DNA of 64,000 bases from Coniocarpon cinnabarinum (taxonomy: Eukaryota), in the NCBI GenBank assembly GCA_051942205.1, contig JAVECO010000020.1:62001-126000 (forward strand). The letters are read 5' to 3'. Positions 37,187 to 49,700 of this stretch are shown piece after piece. Made by a program: the position numbers and the translations under genes. Position 1 is the stretch's first letter; each line of letters begins with the position of its first letter. The notes under the pieces were generated by a model that saw only the letters and a program-made list of their open reading frames with translations, was not told the origin of the DNA and searched no databases.

Positions 37187-38911
37187 ATGCCGGCCTCAGA
37201 TCAACGTGCGAAGCCAACCATTTGGTAAGTGCACAACTTCCCAAAATTTGTGGCAGCAGTCATATAGCCACTGATCTTGTGCGGCTCCTGTGCCGTCGTG
37301 GAGCTAGACGAGCTTGTCTAACACAGGGCTTGCATCGCGATATCTGGAATACATCACCTGAATGACTCCTTAAACCATCATGCTGACACGACCTCTAGGC
37401 TGTTCTCTTTGGGCCGTCATGCTCTCTTTGACGACATGTATGGTCCGTTCATATCTCAGCTGCAGTCTCTTGCTACTGTGAAGAAAGTTACAAATGTGGG
37501 TGCTGCTCATCACTTGCAGGTGTCTTTTCCAATACCGATCAGACAAGTGATGCGATGCGGCTCGCAGATGAAGAGCCTGCACCTCAGGCAATTCTGCTTG
37601 CAGACGGCACACTCCCACAAGGCGATGCCGGCAGCATCGAAATTCGTTTGTTACATCGATTGGTCAGCTATGTCCGCAACGGAGCAGGCACGGTTGTCTG
37701 TATGGGTCTCATGAGCAGCTTGACACCTCCAATGAATCTCAAGTCTTTTTTCCCGGAAATATTGGCACTTGAGTTGGTCGAGCGGAGACTATCATCGGAC
37801 TGATTTTGTCTTCAATCCTCAATTTCAACACCTTAAAGAAGTTCAGTTCCCACCAAAGTACAGTCAAAAGGCACTACATCTAAAGGGCGTAGATCCGCAA
37901 TCCATGCTGTACATTCCTGCTGATGATGCGAGGATCCAATCACTCGTCTTTTCCCCAGAGTCAGTGCGTGACAAGACGCAAACACCCGTCGCCTTGCAGA
38001 CTCTTGGAACAGGGTTGCTGGGTTATATGGGAGACGTCAACAACGAGAAAGAATCCCAGCAAGTTGTCATTGCTATGTGTGGTCTAGTCCCTGGATCTTT
38101 GAAGCCAGGTCCACCGCCATCGATGCCTGCTGAACCGACCTTCATCCTACCTGAGACGGAAGTTCATTGCAATTGGTGTGGCGAAACTCAAGACAAGCAG
38201 CACCTCAAAGTCTGCGCCAAGTGCAAGAAGGCGTGGTACTGCTCTCAAGATTGCCAGCGAGCTGATTGGAAATCGCACAAGAAAGCTTGTAACGCTCAGA
38301 CTCAAGCATCCGGCGGCACGACTGGTGGGGGGCGCGGTTCTGCTTCACGAGCCGGTACATCAGCACAGCCGGGTTCTGCATCGCCAGGTTCCTCGACTGG
38401 TAATGGGTCTCGCTATCGAATCAGCAAACCCTTTCACGCTCTTGACAACAGAACATGGCTTCACCAACGCCCAAAAGACGTCGTGTACGAGCTATTGATC
38501 GACGCTTTTCGTCTGCAAACCGAAGATGAATACAAATTCGAAGGCGAATTGGCCAACGACAGCCTCTACGGCTCGCTTGGGGACGCTCAGGCGGCGGTTC
38601 GCGGCTTCCGCAAGTTCGTTACACAAGCAGAGAAGCGCAAGCCGAGCTTGATGCCGCCTTGGTGGACAAAAGAGAGCAACAAGGTCTGCATCCGCTATGC
38701 TCAGGACATCGTCAATGCGGGTGAATCCCATGAGCGCGACAATTTCAATCTGGGCTACGCAGTGGAAAAGCCGGACATTCAAGAGTTTTATGGCGACAAC
38801 AACATGCCCATGCAACTTCGCATGCTGGCGGGGATGATCAAAGGAAGAGGGATCATGGGTCAGGATGGCGCCGCCATGCGACAGATGATGATGGCGAGTG
38901 AAGGTGCGTAG
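37187..38911 (+). CDS. MYND zinc-finger protein with extra N-terminal alpha/beta domain; contains a +1 frameshift at about 37746-37754
   Basis: MYND finger CNWC...CAKCKKAWYCSQDCQRADWKSHKKAC; C-terminal LLIDAFRL...PPWW...MPMQLRML domain. Introns 37225-37398 and 37496-37542. Reading continues only if one base is removed in the T6C3 run. Confidence 0.7.
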
Positions 38912-39594
38912 TGGCAAAGCCGGATTGCTGGTGCGTTCTACATAACCTGTAGGGCCGTTTGACGTTGTCTTGCGTGTTACTTGACTTTGCATTCTACAGG
39001 CCACACAGTACACAGGTATCGAAGGAGTGTCTCCTGGACACGTGTAATACCCGTGCACTCCTTCAAGGATAACATCCCCGTACGTGTTATCATTGGCGCC
39101 TCCATTGCCACCAAAGCTGGTTGAGAGGAAAGGAAGGGCACGTGATTGCGCCTCCATTGGCATTCCACATACGGTGGCACGGGACTTGGCTTGTCCAAAA
39201 CGGCAGTTGGGTACGTACCTCGGCAGAGTACCTAGCTGGGCATGGGACGATCTGCTGTCACCGTTCACCATTGATGCATGTCGACGTAACGAGACGAATG
39301 ATCAAAGTCAGTTGAAATGGTGGCAGTGTAACAGCCGGATCGAGGTCGGCCCCAGAATGACCGGACTGTCACGCGCCCAAGAGCTGAAGCAATGCTAGCT
39401 TGACTTTCACATGCCGGAGCTGACATGTGAACGATGTGACTTGCGCTGAACTAGATCGTTACAATTGTCCGAGGCACATGTCTCCTGCGCTTCAACTTGC
39501 TTTCTCTCATAACGCTGCTCATCCATCCTCTCATGCCAATGACTGCTGACGCTTCTTGACTCTTCTTAATACCGTTCCGACTTCGCCTCACAAT

Positions 39595-41403
39595 ATGTCA
39601 CAAACCTTTACAGCCAGCGATGTTAGCTCCCACAACAAGCCAACTGACCTCTATCTAATTGTGGATGGAGATGTGTTTGACCTGACGACCTTTCAAGACG
39701 AGCATCCTGGTGGCAAGAAGAGTATGTCCAGACACTATTCCCACTCCGCTCGCGAGATAGTTCTAACGGTAGCCTCGGCAGTCTTACAAAGAGTAGCCGG
39801 CAAAGACGCAAGCAAACAATTCTGGAAGTACCACAACGAGAGTATCCTCAAGAAATACGCACCTAAGTTGCACGTTGGATCATTAGACTCAAAGCCCGCC
39901 GGTACAGGCATAGCCTCATCGAAGCCGCAAGAGAGGCCACAGGAGATGGAGAACAAAGCAGTTGTACAACCAGAAGCCAATCCGGGCGTCATCGCCCCAC
40001 AACCTGGTCCTGCCGCCGTAGAGGAGAGACCGCCGTCAGAAGCTTTGGAGCAATACGGCGAGTTGATACCGTATGCAGATCCATCATGGTACCAAACCGT
40101 GAGTCCACCTCCTCATCCACCTTTCTTACTACACTCGAAGAGCTAACATCCGCCATAGTACCATTCACCATATTTCAATCAAACCCACGCAGATCTGCGT
40201 GCAGAAGTGCGTGACTATGTCGAGTCCGAGATCATGCCCAACGTGAATGAGTGGGACGCAAACAAGGCCGTTCCAGAGAAAATCTACCAACACTTTGGCA
40301 AGCGCGGGTACCTCGCGGGCCTCATGGGTGCCGCATACCCGAAGGACCTCGTGCGCTCAGACAATCGCGTCAAATCCGTGCCAATCGATAAATGGGACAA
40401 CTTCCACGAGCTGATCATCACAGACGAGCTATGTCGCTGCGGCTCCGGCGGTGTCGTCTGGAACGTGCTAGGCGGTTTCGGCATTGGATGTCCGCCTCTA
40501 TTAAAATACGGCCAACCTGATCTAGTGAAACGGATCCTTCCGGGCATACTCTCGGGCGATAAGCGCATCTGCCTCGCCATCACTGAACCAGATGGAGGCT
40601 CCGACGTCGCCAATCTCACCTGCGAGGCCAAGCTTACGGAAGACGGCCAACACTTCATCGTCAACGGTGAGAAGAAATGGATCACCAACGGTGTCTGGTC
40701 CGAGTACTTCACGACGGCTGTCCGCACCGGCGACGCTGGCGGCGGCATGGGCGGCATCTCCGTGTTGCTCATCGAGCGCGGACCAGGCGTCACCACACGC
40801 CAGATGGACTGCCAAGGCGTCCACGGCTCGGGCACGACCTACATCACCTTCGAGGACGTCAAGGTGCCCGTCGCGAACCTGCTCGGCAAGAAGAACAAAG
40901 GCTTCCAGGTCATCATGACGAACTTCAACCACGAGCGCATCGGCATCGTCATCCAGGCTCTGAGATTCAGCCGCGTCTGCTACGAAGAGAGCATCAAGTA
41001 CGCTCATAAGCGCGAGACCTTCGGCAAGAAACTGTACGAACACCCCGTCATTCGCATGAAGCTCGCACAGATGGCGCGACAAATCGAAGCGTCGTATAAC
41101 TGGCTCGAGAACCTGATCTATCAAGCGAGCAACATGGACGAGACGGAGGCTATGCTGAAATTGGGCGGTGCCATTGCCGGGCTGAAGGCGCAGAGTACCG
41201 TCACGTTCGAGTTCTGTGCCAGGGAGGCGAGTCAGATTTTTGGAGGGCTCAGCTATACGAAGGGGGGACAGGGCGCGAAGGTGGAGCGGCTGTATCGCGA
41301 TGTCAGGGCTTATGCGATCCCGGGCGGGAGTGAGGAGATTATGTTGGATTTGAGTATCCGGCAGAGTGTGAGGGTGCATAAGGCGTTGGGGATGAAGCTG
41401 TAA
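39595..41403 (+). CDS. Acyl-CoA dehydrogenase with N-terminal cytochrome b5 domain; 3 exons
   Basis: b5 domain: VFDLTTFQDEHPGG...QFWKYH. ACAD domain: CLAITEPDGGSDV, NGEKKWITNG, FNHERI, RETFGKKL, AIPGGSEEI. Introns 39722-39781 and 40099-40158. Confidence 0.95.
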
Positions 41404-41599
41404 GTGGGTTGATAATGATGAACACATGCGGATCGAGGGAGACGAATGCGTGTTTGGGAAGATCGGCTATTATGTCGTGTGTTCTGAGGTTCTGCGGGCT
41501 GTACAGTTTTGGAAAGGGTTTGCATGGACATAGACTGATGCTTTTGGCGGTGTGGCACTTTGCTGTTTTACCATCACGACTATATCACATCGAGTCTCA

Positions 41600-42300
41600 T
41601 AGCAGGCCGCACATCTGTCTTTTGGATGCCCCATCACTTCCCAACGACCGTCCCGAGTGTATCATCGACTTTACTTCCATGTCCTCGCCGAAAATACACA
41701 GAGCCAGCGCCCATCACTGCAACCTCAGAGCTCGCCACTCGTCTCGCGTTCATCTTTCGAGACCTACACATGCGTGCGAGTACAAGCACGCATAGGGCGC
41801 TCTACAAAGCGAGGCGACCTGCGACTCATATTCAGCCATTTGACCCCAGACCTTCCACGACCTTGATGAGGTCATGGGACTGACTCTGTGAACAAAGAAG
41901 TCGCGAGAGACGCGGTGTCTGACTCTTATTAGAAATGGAATGACGTTCTTGAGTACCTTGGATCGAGTATTCATCTACAGGGTTTGGAGCGGTCGAGCGT
42001 CGGACTGGTTCCCATCAGGATGGTCATATTTGAGGCAACTCACGAGTCAAGACTTGCTGCTCGTCTCGCCATGGGACATGACGTTATCGATGCTAAGAAC
42101 AGCCTGAAGGGTTAAATAGGTCGATCAGGATGGCCACAGATGGACTTTACACACGAGAATGGAACTGAATGAATCAAGTTATGGCTTTGCTGGACTGCAA
42201 GTGGTACTGCTCTCGGACCGGGACGTTGGGCTGTTCGGCGGGAAGAGAACCCTTGTCACGGGGCGACTCGTTCTCCACATGATACTAGACGATGGATTCG
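41600..42300 (+). pseudogene. Possible degenerate coding relic
   Basis: The frame of ORF 41657 continues past stops as VNKEVARDAVSDSY*KWNDVLEYL..., loosely like the VNKQIxREA..FY pattern of fungal F-box-like proteins; several in-frame stops. Confidence 0.2.
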
Positions 42301-43853
42301 ATATTGAATGTTGGTTACGTAAGTGGATCTGAAGCCTAAGAAGCTGTGAGCCTAGTCTGCGGTGCTGTTTGTGAAGCGCTGTAGATGATGAGGGCAGTGG
42401 GGCGATGAAGACGTTGACACAGACGGGGACTGCGATTGCCGCTGTGTCACAATGCGAGCGGCGCTACAAGGCGAATGACACAGTCCGCCAACTGTAAGAA
42501 AAAATAGTGAGGGGGATGTTAAAGAAAGTGAATGAGGACGTCCTTTTCACGATGTTGTGTTGCTTTGTAAACGGCCCTTCTTCACAGCCACAGACTCTCT
42601 AACGAGGTAGGCACATAGATCGCGTGACAAGATCTTCGCAGATGACATTGACCAAGTTCCTACATCCAGATGCAATCCCTAAGCCTGATTGGATTTTCAT
42701 GGCAACTCACCTCTCTGGCCTGTTTCATGAAGCGATTTCAACGGCCCTTTTGGGGATTAGTAGTAGGATAGGTCAGCAAGTAAGCATGCTGTATACGTGG
42801 TAATACTTCTACATTACTACCAAGATCCAAATCGAGTCGAAAATCATGGTTTGCTCCTTTGATTTGGCAACGCCTGGAATGGACACGCGCAAATATTAAT
42901 GACGGTAAGAGCAATGTCTTGCAATACTTGCCGCCATTCCTCATCGGTCCGTGGGACCTAGGAGATGTCCTCCATCAAGCTTATACCTCCGTCACCTGTA
43001 GTCTTATCGTCTTAAAACCTCGTTGCCTCGATTTGCGCCTTGATACGGGTGCGAGATGGGGTATATGTCGATTCCAGCGAACGCTTCTTTGCACGAGCTT
43101 TACGGCCCACCGCGATGTCTTCAGCACGAGCCATTTGCTCTTGCAGCTCAAAAAATTGCTTGATCTGAAGCAGTAGAAGTCGCTAACGTTCAACCTCTTT
43201 TTATATCCTGGATTCTCAGGCACAAAAACACCCAATACCAGCCAGGGGCACGAGATGGAAAGGTTCACTGCTTTTTTCCAGCTTCGCGTGATATTGATAT
43301 CAGTGACTTTCATGGCTATTGCTAGGTAAGTAGCCTGGACCTAGATCTGATGGCTATAAACGCAATCTTGCGGTAAGCGCGAAGGCATCTAGCCTTCACA
43401 AAAAATATAAACTATAATGGGATGACTGTTCGAAAATCCCTCGACTCTCAGGGGACTTGCGGGTTTTACAGAGTCTCACATTGCTTTTCGCTCCAACAGA
43501 GGCAAGAGTGTTGCAACATATGCGCGTGGTTCCCGTGCGCGAACAATGGAATACCGTTTCGCAGACTCTCTTGTTCATTTTCGAACATCTAATTCACTTA
43601 CGAACGACTTACAATTAAAACTGGACCACGTGTTCATCGCCTTTTTTCTGCGACTCAAAAACATTTACATATGTACATCATGGCCAAGCAACCCCTGCCA
43701 TGTACAGGCATACACGCGTGCGCATTCCTGACCTTGTGTAACACCAGCGCCTGAGCGCTTAGGCATCTCGACATATGCAATAACACGTCAAACCTCACTT
43801 CACCCAGCCTCGAATCAAACCCGGTGAAGACCATACGTCTCCACGCCAACAAC

Positions 43854-44189
43854 ATGCTCTCCCGCCTGATCAGGTCTCTCGACGCCAAGGCAGCGCCCAT
43901 GCTCAAGGTGTGGGATGAGCACGGCCGAACCCTTTTCTACATGTCATGCATTGCTATCCCCGTTGCTCATTGGGATGATTCCAAAGACATGAAACGACAC
44001 GCCAAAGATCCGCAGTTCATCCTTCAGAAGCGACGGGAGCTCATGATGCAGCAGCCCGTCTGTCAGTGGTGGAGTCGGAAGTTCAGGAACAAGTGGAAGG
44101 TGGCTCGTATTGCGCTGTGGACGCGGAAGCGCATCAACGAGGATCGTGCGAAGAAGGAAAAAGGAACGGGACGGACGAGTAAGCGGTAG
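43854..44189 (+). CDS. Possible small basic hypothetical protein
   Basis: ATG at 43854; 111 aa with coding-like G/C third positions and a K/R/W-rich C-terminus; no family recognised. Confidence 0.35.
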   Translation: MLSRLIRSLDAKAAPMLKVWDEHGRTLFYMSCIAIPVAHWDDSKDMKRHAKDPQFILQKRRELMMQQPVCQWWSRKFRNKWKVARIALWTRKRINEDRAKKEKGTGRTSKR

Positions 44190-46381
44190 GACGTTACAAG
44201 CCATGATGAGTAGCTTTGCGATGACCTCGTCACACCTCGACCACGACCGCGAAGTCCACTAGGCAGCTACCCCTGGAACACCAATCAACAATCCACCAGA
44301 AAGACTCCCAAACATTCGCGACATCGTTTCATCTTCACCTTAATCCGTCAGCTCGCTCCCCAGCCGCTGAGATTTTCCACCACCGGCGCCCGCCCGCTCC
44401 GCACGATTACCCACGTCACGTCCGTGTCGCTCTCATTTACCTCCTGATGCTCTGCGTATGCAGGTATCAAAGCGAAATCGCCCGGAGCGAGATCTTGACG
44501 GCTTTTACCGTTGTCACTGACGATAGTGCCACGTCCGGCTACCGAGTAGACTATCGTGTCTGGTTTCGTCAGTTTTCATGATCTGGTTCACCGTAACCAA
44601 AATGACTGTGGTGCTCGGACTAGGTCAAGTGGGGCTTAGACGATGAAAAAGAAAACATTACTCCTCAGCAAAGAGGGCGTGGCAAACCCACTTTCGTGTC
44701 CGTGATGATGTACAGCACTACTGGTCTTGGGCTTTGCAACCATGACACTCGAGCAAATGTTGTCAGCTACGTCGACGAGGGCATTTTGTCGGATCATTCC
44801 ATCGGTTTGAGCGCCACTTGTAGCGAGAGAAGACGATTTGGTGACGATGACGGGTTTTTGGGGGTGCATGGCCATTTCGATTGGTGTACGAGCTCCGTTT
44901 GGCGACAAGCGCAATGGAGAAGTCCTTTGGTGTCTGGCGTCCGAGTCCACGTGTGCGATTTCTGGCGCAGGAAATCGATATCGTTGTGCAAATCGCGGCT
45001 TGGACAATTTGGAGATCTCTGATACACGATCATCCTGCAATGAAACGATGACGCACGTGGGGCTGAAACTCAATAGCTCTACCTACCAAGGGTACCATGG
45101 CGCAATCTTCGTTTTGGCTTTGCTGGAGCAAGTGGGTCAAGTTCGCATTGCTCCCAAGGTGCGCGCCAACGTTACGGGAGGAGCCGCAATTCAGCAGCGT
45201 CTTTCTCACCAGGTTGACGATCGTATGACGTGAGATCTTGGCCTTGATAAACGCTGCTATCCGGTATGGCGTAAGCCTCTCTCATCTAATTAGGTTTTGC
45301 CATCGCTTCTTTTCAATTGTTCGAGATACTCCACGCCCTGCGTCAATGAATAAGCCCAGTATATATGTGAGCCCACAATTTGTAGTCGCTTAATGTCAGC
45401 GCCGAGGAGGCATCTCCCTCTGCGACAGAACGAGAAAGACGTGTTGTTGCCCGTAGGGAAACTTTGTACCGTCTTTCGCGACCCGTCGCCCCAGGCGGCG
45501 GCAACTGCACGACAACCTCACCTCAGCTGACAGGCAGCACCACATTCCGTTGCGTTAGAAGCTCAGCCCCAGATCTGTATGTTGCCTCGATGCTCGCAAT
45601 ATCTGCAAACAGCCTCCGTGTGTGATGATTGATGCCTTGATACTGCAAGTTCGGTGGTGTCGGCATGCTGTGAAGATTGCTTGAGGGCCACCGGTGCACC
45701 TCTTGCAGCTACATACTGCGGAGTCGACTCAAGCGTCCGATGCAACCCTGAAGTGGTTTCGAGATTTACGATGTCGGATTGTAACAAGGCGTTGGGAGCT
45801 GTGCGTATGAGGTAAACGGAGAAAATCTCCTGCACGCAGCGCCGCAAACGGACGGCCGCGAGGCGGTAAGAAGTGCCGCTTGCATGTTCAAAGAGGGGGC
45901 GCTGCGGTGGTCCACTGCACATGACTAATCGCGCAGGCCGGGTCTTGAATGCCGGCGTCATTTGTCGGGGATGCATTTCACCGTGCCGTGCGGATGAAAG
46001 CAGGGATGACTTTTCGAAGGGTATGCTTGTCGACATGAGGTCCACGATGTGCAGACCCGTCTGAGAACAGGGCAAATTTCCGCAAACGGGTGTCGAGCAT
46101 CGGCCTGGCTTGGAGTAGTTCGCGACGGGCATATCTCTCATGTCTTGCATAATTACGGGACGGCAATCAAAGACGTGCCGCGTCCACTACGGCATTTTCC
46201 TGACACGGCACGTGCAGGGATGCGAGGTCCAAATCCAAGCATGGAGATTGAAATGATTAAAGTCTAATTCCTTTGTCGCAAAGCTCAACACATAACGGTT
46301 TGAAGTTGTCGAAGAATTCGCTGCCGTATGGGTAAGAGGCCCTTTAGCGCCCAAAAAATGCGTTGGGGTCTGGATCTTGTC

Positions 46382-47738
46382 TCATTGGACGGCGGCGGCT
46401 TGAGAAGCTGCATTGTTAGGAGGCGCTACCGCGGTGGCGTCAATACCGCCAACGGAGTCCGCGGAAAGATTTGTGTCCGTGCCTGGCGAATGATCTGGCG
46501 CTTTCACAGCAAGACTGCTAGGCTCATGCGTGTTATCGGGTTGTCTGTCCAAGCGACCCACCCATTCTTCGATTGCGCTTCGCAACTGATCGAGTGCGCC
46601 CTACGTAATACAATCAGCGTGACGCATACACACATAGGAGTTCATCATTTCGGGCCTGTAGAAAGCAGCAATGATTGCTCCAAGAAACCCACAATTTCAT
46701 ACATACTTCTTCTCGCCAGAAATGTCCTGCTCTATCAATACTGACGTACTCAAACCCACTAGTTCCCGATGGGCTTTGTGTGCGCAATGCATGTGCCCAT
46801 TTGCGCAGTCGCTTGTCTGCAGTGAAATCATCTCTGCTGCCCCATATTGCAATTGTTGGATGCGTGGCCAGCTCCTTGTATTCATTCATGTTCGTCGCAA
46901 GGAAACTCGCACCTGAGAATGGAGCAACCATACCAGCCACAGGTGGAAGTAAAGGAGAGATCAATAAGTGACTAGATGTGATCAAATCAACATCCGGAGG
47001 CATCACGGAAGCGGTGCTTGGAACAACCATATCCTCATGAGCCAGCTTGAGTGCTTGTTCTGCAAGAGTAATCGCCCTCTTCCCCATGTCGGAGTCCCTT
47101 TGCTGTTCTGGCGACTGAATAATGTCATTAAGTGTTCGAGGGGCCGTAATCCGCGAAGCAACCATTGAGCCATACGAGTAGCCAGCGAGTGTTAGAGCGA
47201 TAGGTTGCTGCAGGTCAGTAGCAGGTGTGTCACCTCGGATCCTCCTGTCATAGTGCCACACGTATAGAATAATGAGATAGAGCAGAGATCTGTAGTCAGA
47301 TTGTTCCGGTCGTGATGTCCAGCTGCTGCTTTCCGCCCCGCTAATTATGGGTTAGAACTATCGGTCATGCAAAGCCAGTGCCAATGCCGCAAAATTGTAG
47401 AGCTTGAGCAAGATGATATTTACATGATGGTCCGGCTCATGCTGAATATCAACTAAGACTCGGCACATATCAGGCTCATCGTAAGAAAAGACAAACGAGG
47501 GATGAAAGTACCGAAAATTGAAAGTGCCCACTATGAAGCCGAGCTCAAGCAAACATTGTGCAGCGTCAAGAACTACTGTGTCCTCTTGGGAGCCCCCTAG
47601 CCGTTTCCATGGATGTCCTATTACAGCAACGTGAAGAGGCTTAGCCGCAGCAGAATTGTCAAGATGCTGTGGGTGCAAGATGCGGCCTGGTATTAAAGTT
47701 CCGTCGTGGATCGACGGGAAATTGATGCACACCGACAT
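46382..47738 (-). CDS. Alpha/beta-fold hydrolase; 3 exons
   Basis: VIGHPWKRLGGS, GTFNFRGA, GYSYGS nucleophile, IWGSRDDF acid and AGHFW histidine. Introns 47341-47511 and 46601-46706 both restore the frame. Confidence 0.88.
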
Positions 47739-48347
47739 TTGAGGCGAATCCCCAATCTGGCAATGACGACAACGTGCTGTGGACGCTGTCAACTTGTGAA
47801 GAGTCTGGCGACATTCGAAATTGTAGCAACCTCGATCGTTGGATGCCTGAACTAGCAGGCAATAAAGGTGGTCAATTAAGCCGTGGAACACAAATCTGAT
47901 ACGCATAGGAGTCGTACAAATAAATACATGTGTGGTAACGTATGGCGACTCCCGTGAAAATCCTGAAGCTCGAGGACGACTCCGACAGAAAAGTTCCTCA
48001 GCCACTGATCAAATTTTCAGTCCAAACTTTTGAAAATCAAATAACCACCCTAAACTTTTTTACAAGTACAGGGTATCGTCAGGTCGTTACTTGAATATAC
48101 ATGAGAGCTGCCCCGGCGGCCGTTAAATTCTCCGTATCGAGCTTCATAAACAGCGTCGTCCAGGTGACGAAGCGCGGAGTTCCTAGACATGCTGAGGAAA
48201 CGTCAAGGGTAATCTTGATCGTATGGCTTTCTGTGTGTTTAACAATCGTCTGCACCAAGGAAAAAAGGCTTTGCTGTCAAGGTCAAATCTGTACTGTTTG
48301 ACGTCTTTGTATAGTTTGAATAGCAGGCTTATGAAACGCCCATGTAT

Positions 48348-49700
48348 CTAGGGTCCTGAGGTGCCCGACTGCTGAGAACGAGTGCTGGACTGGCTTCGAC
48401 TGTGTGCCTGCGATGGATATCCAGAGCGCCAAGGAGAAGGTGGTTGTGACTGATAATTGGCATAACCGGGATATGAAATTGAACGCTCTTGAGCGTCATG
48501 GGATGCAGCAATATCGACGGCAGGGTGCGCGGTTTGTAGCGGTGGCAACGTGGCGGGCTGATGCTGATACGGTGCATGTGATAGCGAGCGGGTAGAAGAA
48601 GGCGCGGAGTAAGAGTATGGACCTTGCGGGGGAGTATCCAGCCTTCGTCGTGAGACGGCTTCATAGCCACCTGGTTGTCCACGTTCCTCAAAGCGCTGCA
48701 TACTTGGCGGCTCTTGCGAACCCTCTGATCGAGACGTTGTGTCGTACAAGCTCCTTCTTCGACGCGGTGATGTTGGACGAGGGAAAAGTCGAGATCCTTC
48801 CGCACTTTGGAAAAGAGCTGCTGCTAAGACATCGCGCTCTTGTCGGTAAAAGTCGCAGTCTTCACTCAAATCAGTGACTCTTTGTTTTAAATCTGTAATT
48901 TCCCTACTACTAGCTTGCTCCCTCTCTTTGCGACGTGCTCGGAATCGAGCTGAAGCTCCAGCGTTTCTTCGTCGTTTTTCGTCTGCCACTCTCGAAGCTC
49001 CTTGGACATCCACAGGAATAGACATTTGACCATGTGCTGTTTCTACTGTCATATATTGCGTACTGGGTGGGGCATTAAGACCAGCCGAATTCCTTCTCGC
49101 TGGTGACCCATGAATTGGCAAGTGAGATGAGTGTGCATGTGGAGGAGCAGGCGTGGAGCGCAATGCCCATGGTGGAGAATGATAGTCACCTCGCTGGCCC
49201 GAATAATGACGTGCTGTCTCGTGGTTGACAAAAGGAGGCAATCCTCGCGCTGACCTCTCGCGAGGAAGGATATCCTTGGCCTCTGAAGTCAGTGATGGAG
49301 GACGGGGCGGATATTGTGAAGACTGAAACGAGTTCCTCGTCGACTCAAATCGATTTCCGTGATGTGATGTGGGCAGAACATCTGCAAGCACAGGCTTTCC
49401 AACCATGCGGCGATCATCCGCATCCGATCTCAAGGGGTCTGGTAAGGTCCGAGAATGATGACTTCGAGCATTTTGCATCGACGTGGGAGGGGATGTGCGT
49501 TCGAAGTCCTCCAATTTCTTGCTCAAAGATGGCAGAGTTCGTGAAGTGGGATCCCCATACCTGTGATCCTGCAGTGGATACTGTCTTTCGGATTCATCTG
49601 CTAAGCTAGGAAACGTGCCATGTCCGTAGGAAGAGCTCACTGGTGAGTATGCAGTCTCCTTGGAGTCATGCTGGGCTCGACTAGTAGCCCCTCCCCACAT
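48348..49700 (-). CDS. bZIP transcription factor
   Basis: IPVDVQGASRVADEKRRRNAGASARFRARRKERE basic region followed by the zipper ITDLKQRVTDLSEDCDFYRQERDVL. Confidence 0.88.
   Translation of the reverse strand: MWGGATSRAQHDSKETAYSPVSSSYGHGTFPSLADESERQYPLQDHRYGDPTSRTLPSLSKKLEDFERTSPPTSMQNARSHHSRTLPDPLRSDADDRRMVGKPVLADVLPTSHHGNRFESTRNSFQSSQYPPRPPSLTSEAKDILPRERSARGLPPFVNHETARHYSGQRGDYHSPPWALRSTPAPPHAHSSHLPIHGSPARRNSAGLNAPPSTQYMTVETAHGQMSIPVDVQGASRVADEKRRRNAGASARFRARRKEREQASSREITDLKQRVTDLSEDCDFYRQERDVLAAALFQSAEGSRLFPRPTSPRRRRSLYDTTSRSEGSQEPPSMQRFEERGQPGGYEAVSRRRLDTPPQGPYSYSAPSSTRSLSHAPYQHQPATLPPLQTAHPAVDIAASHDAQERSISYPGYANYQSQPPSPWRSGYPSQAHSRSQSSTRSQQSGTSGP

Noticed and set aside
40522..41427. 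Long antisense ORFs (301 aa here; similar at 53932..54600 and 62653..63288)
   Set aside because: Shadow ORFs produced by high-GC codon bias of the real genes on the opposite strand.
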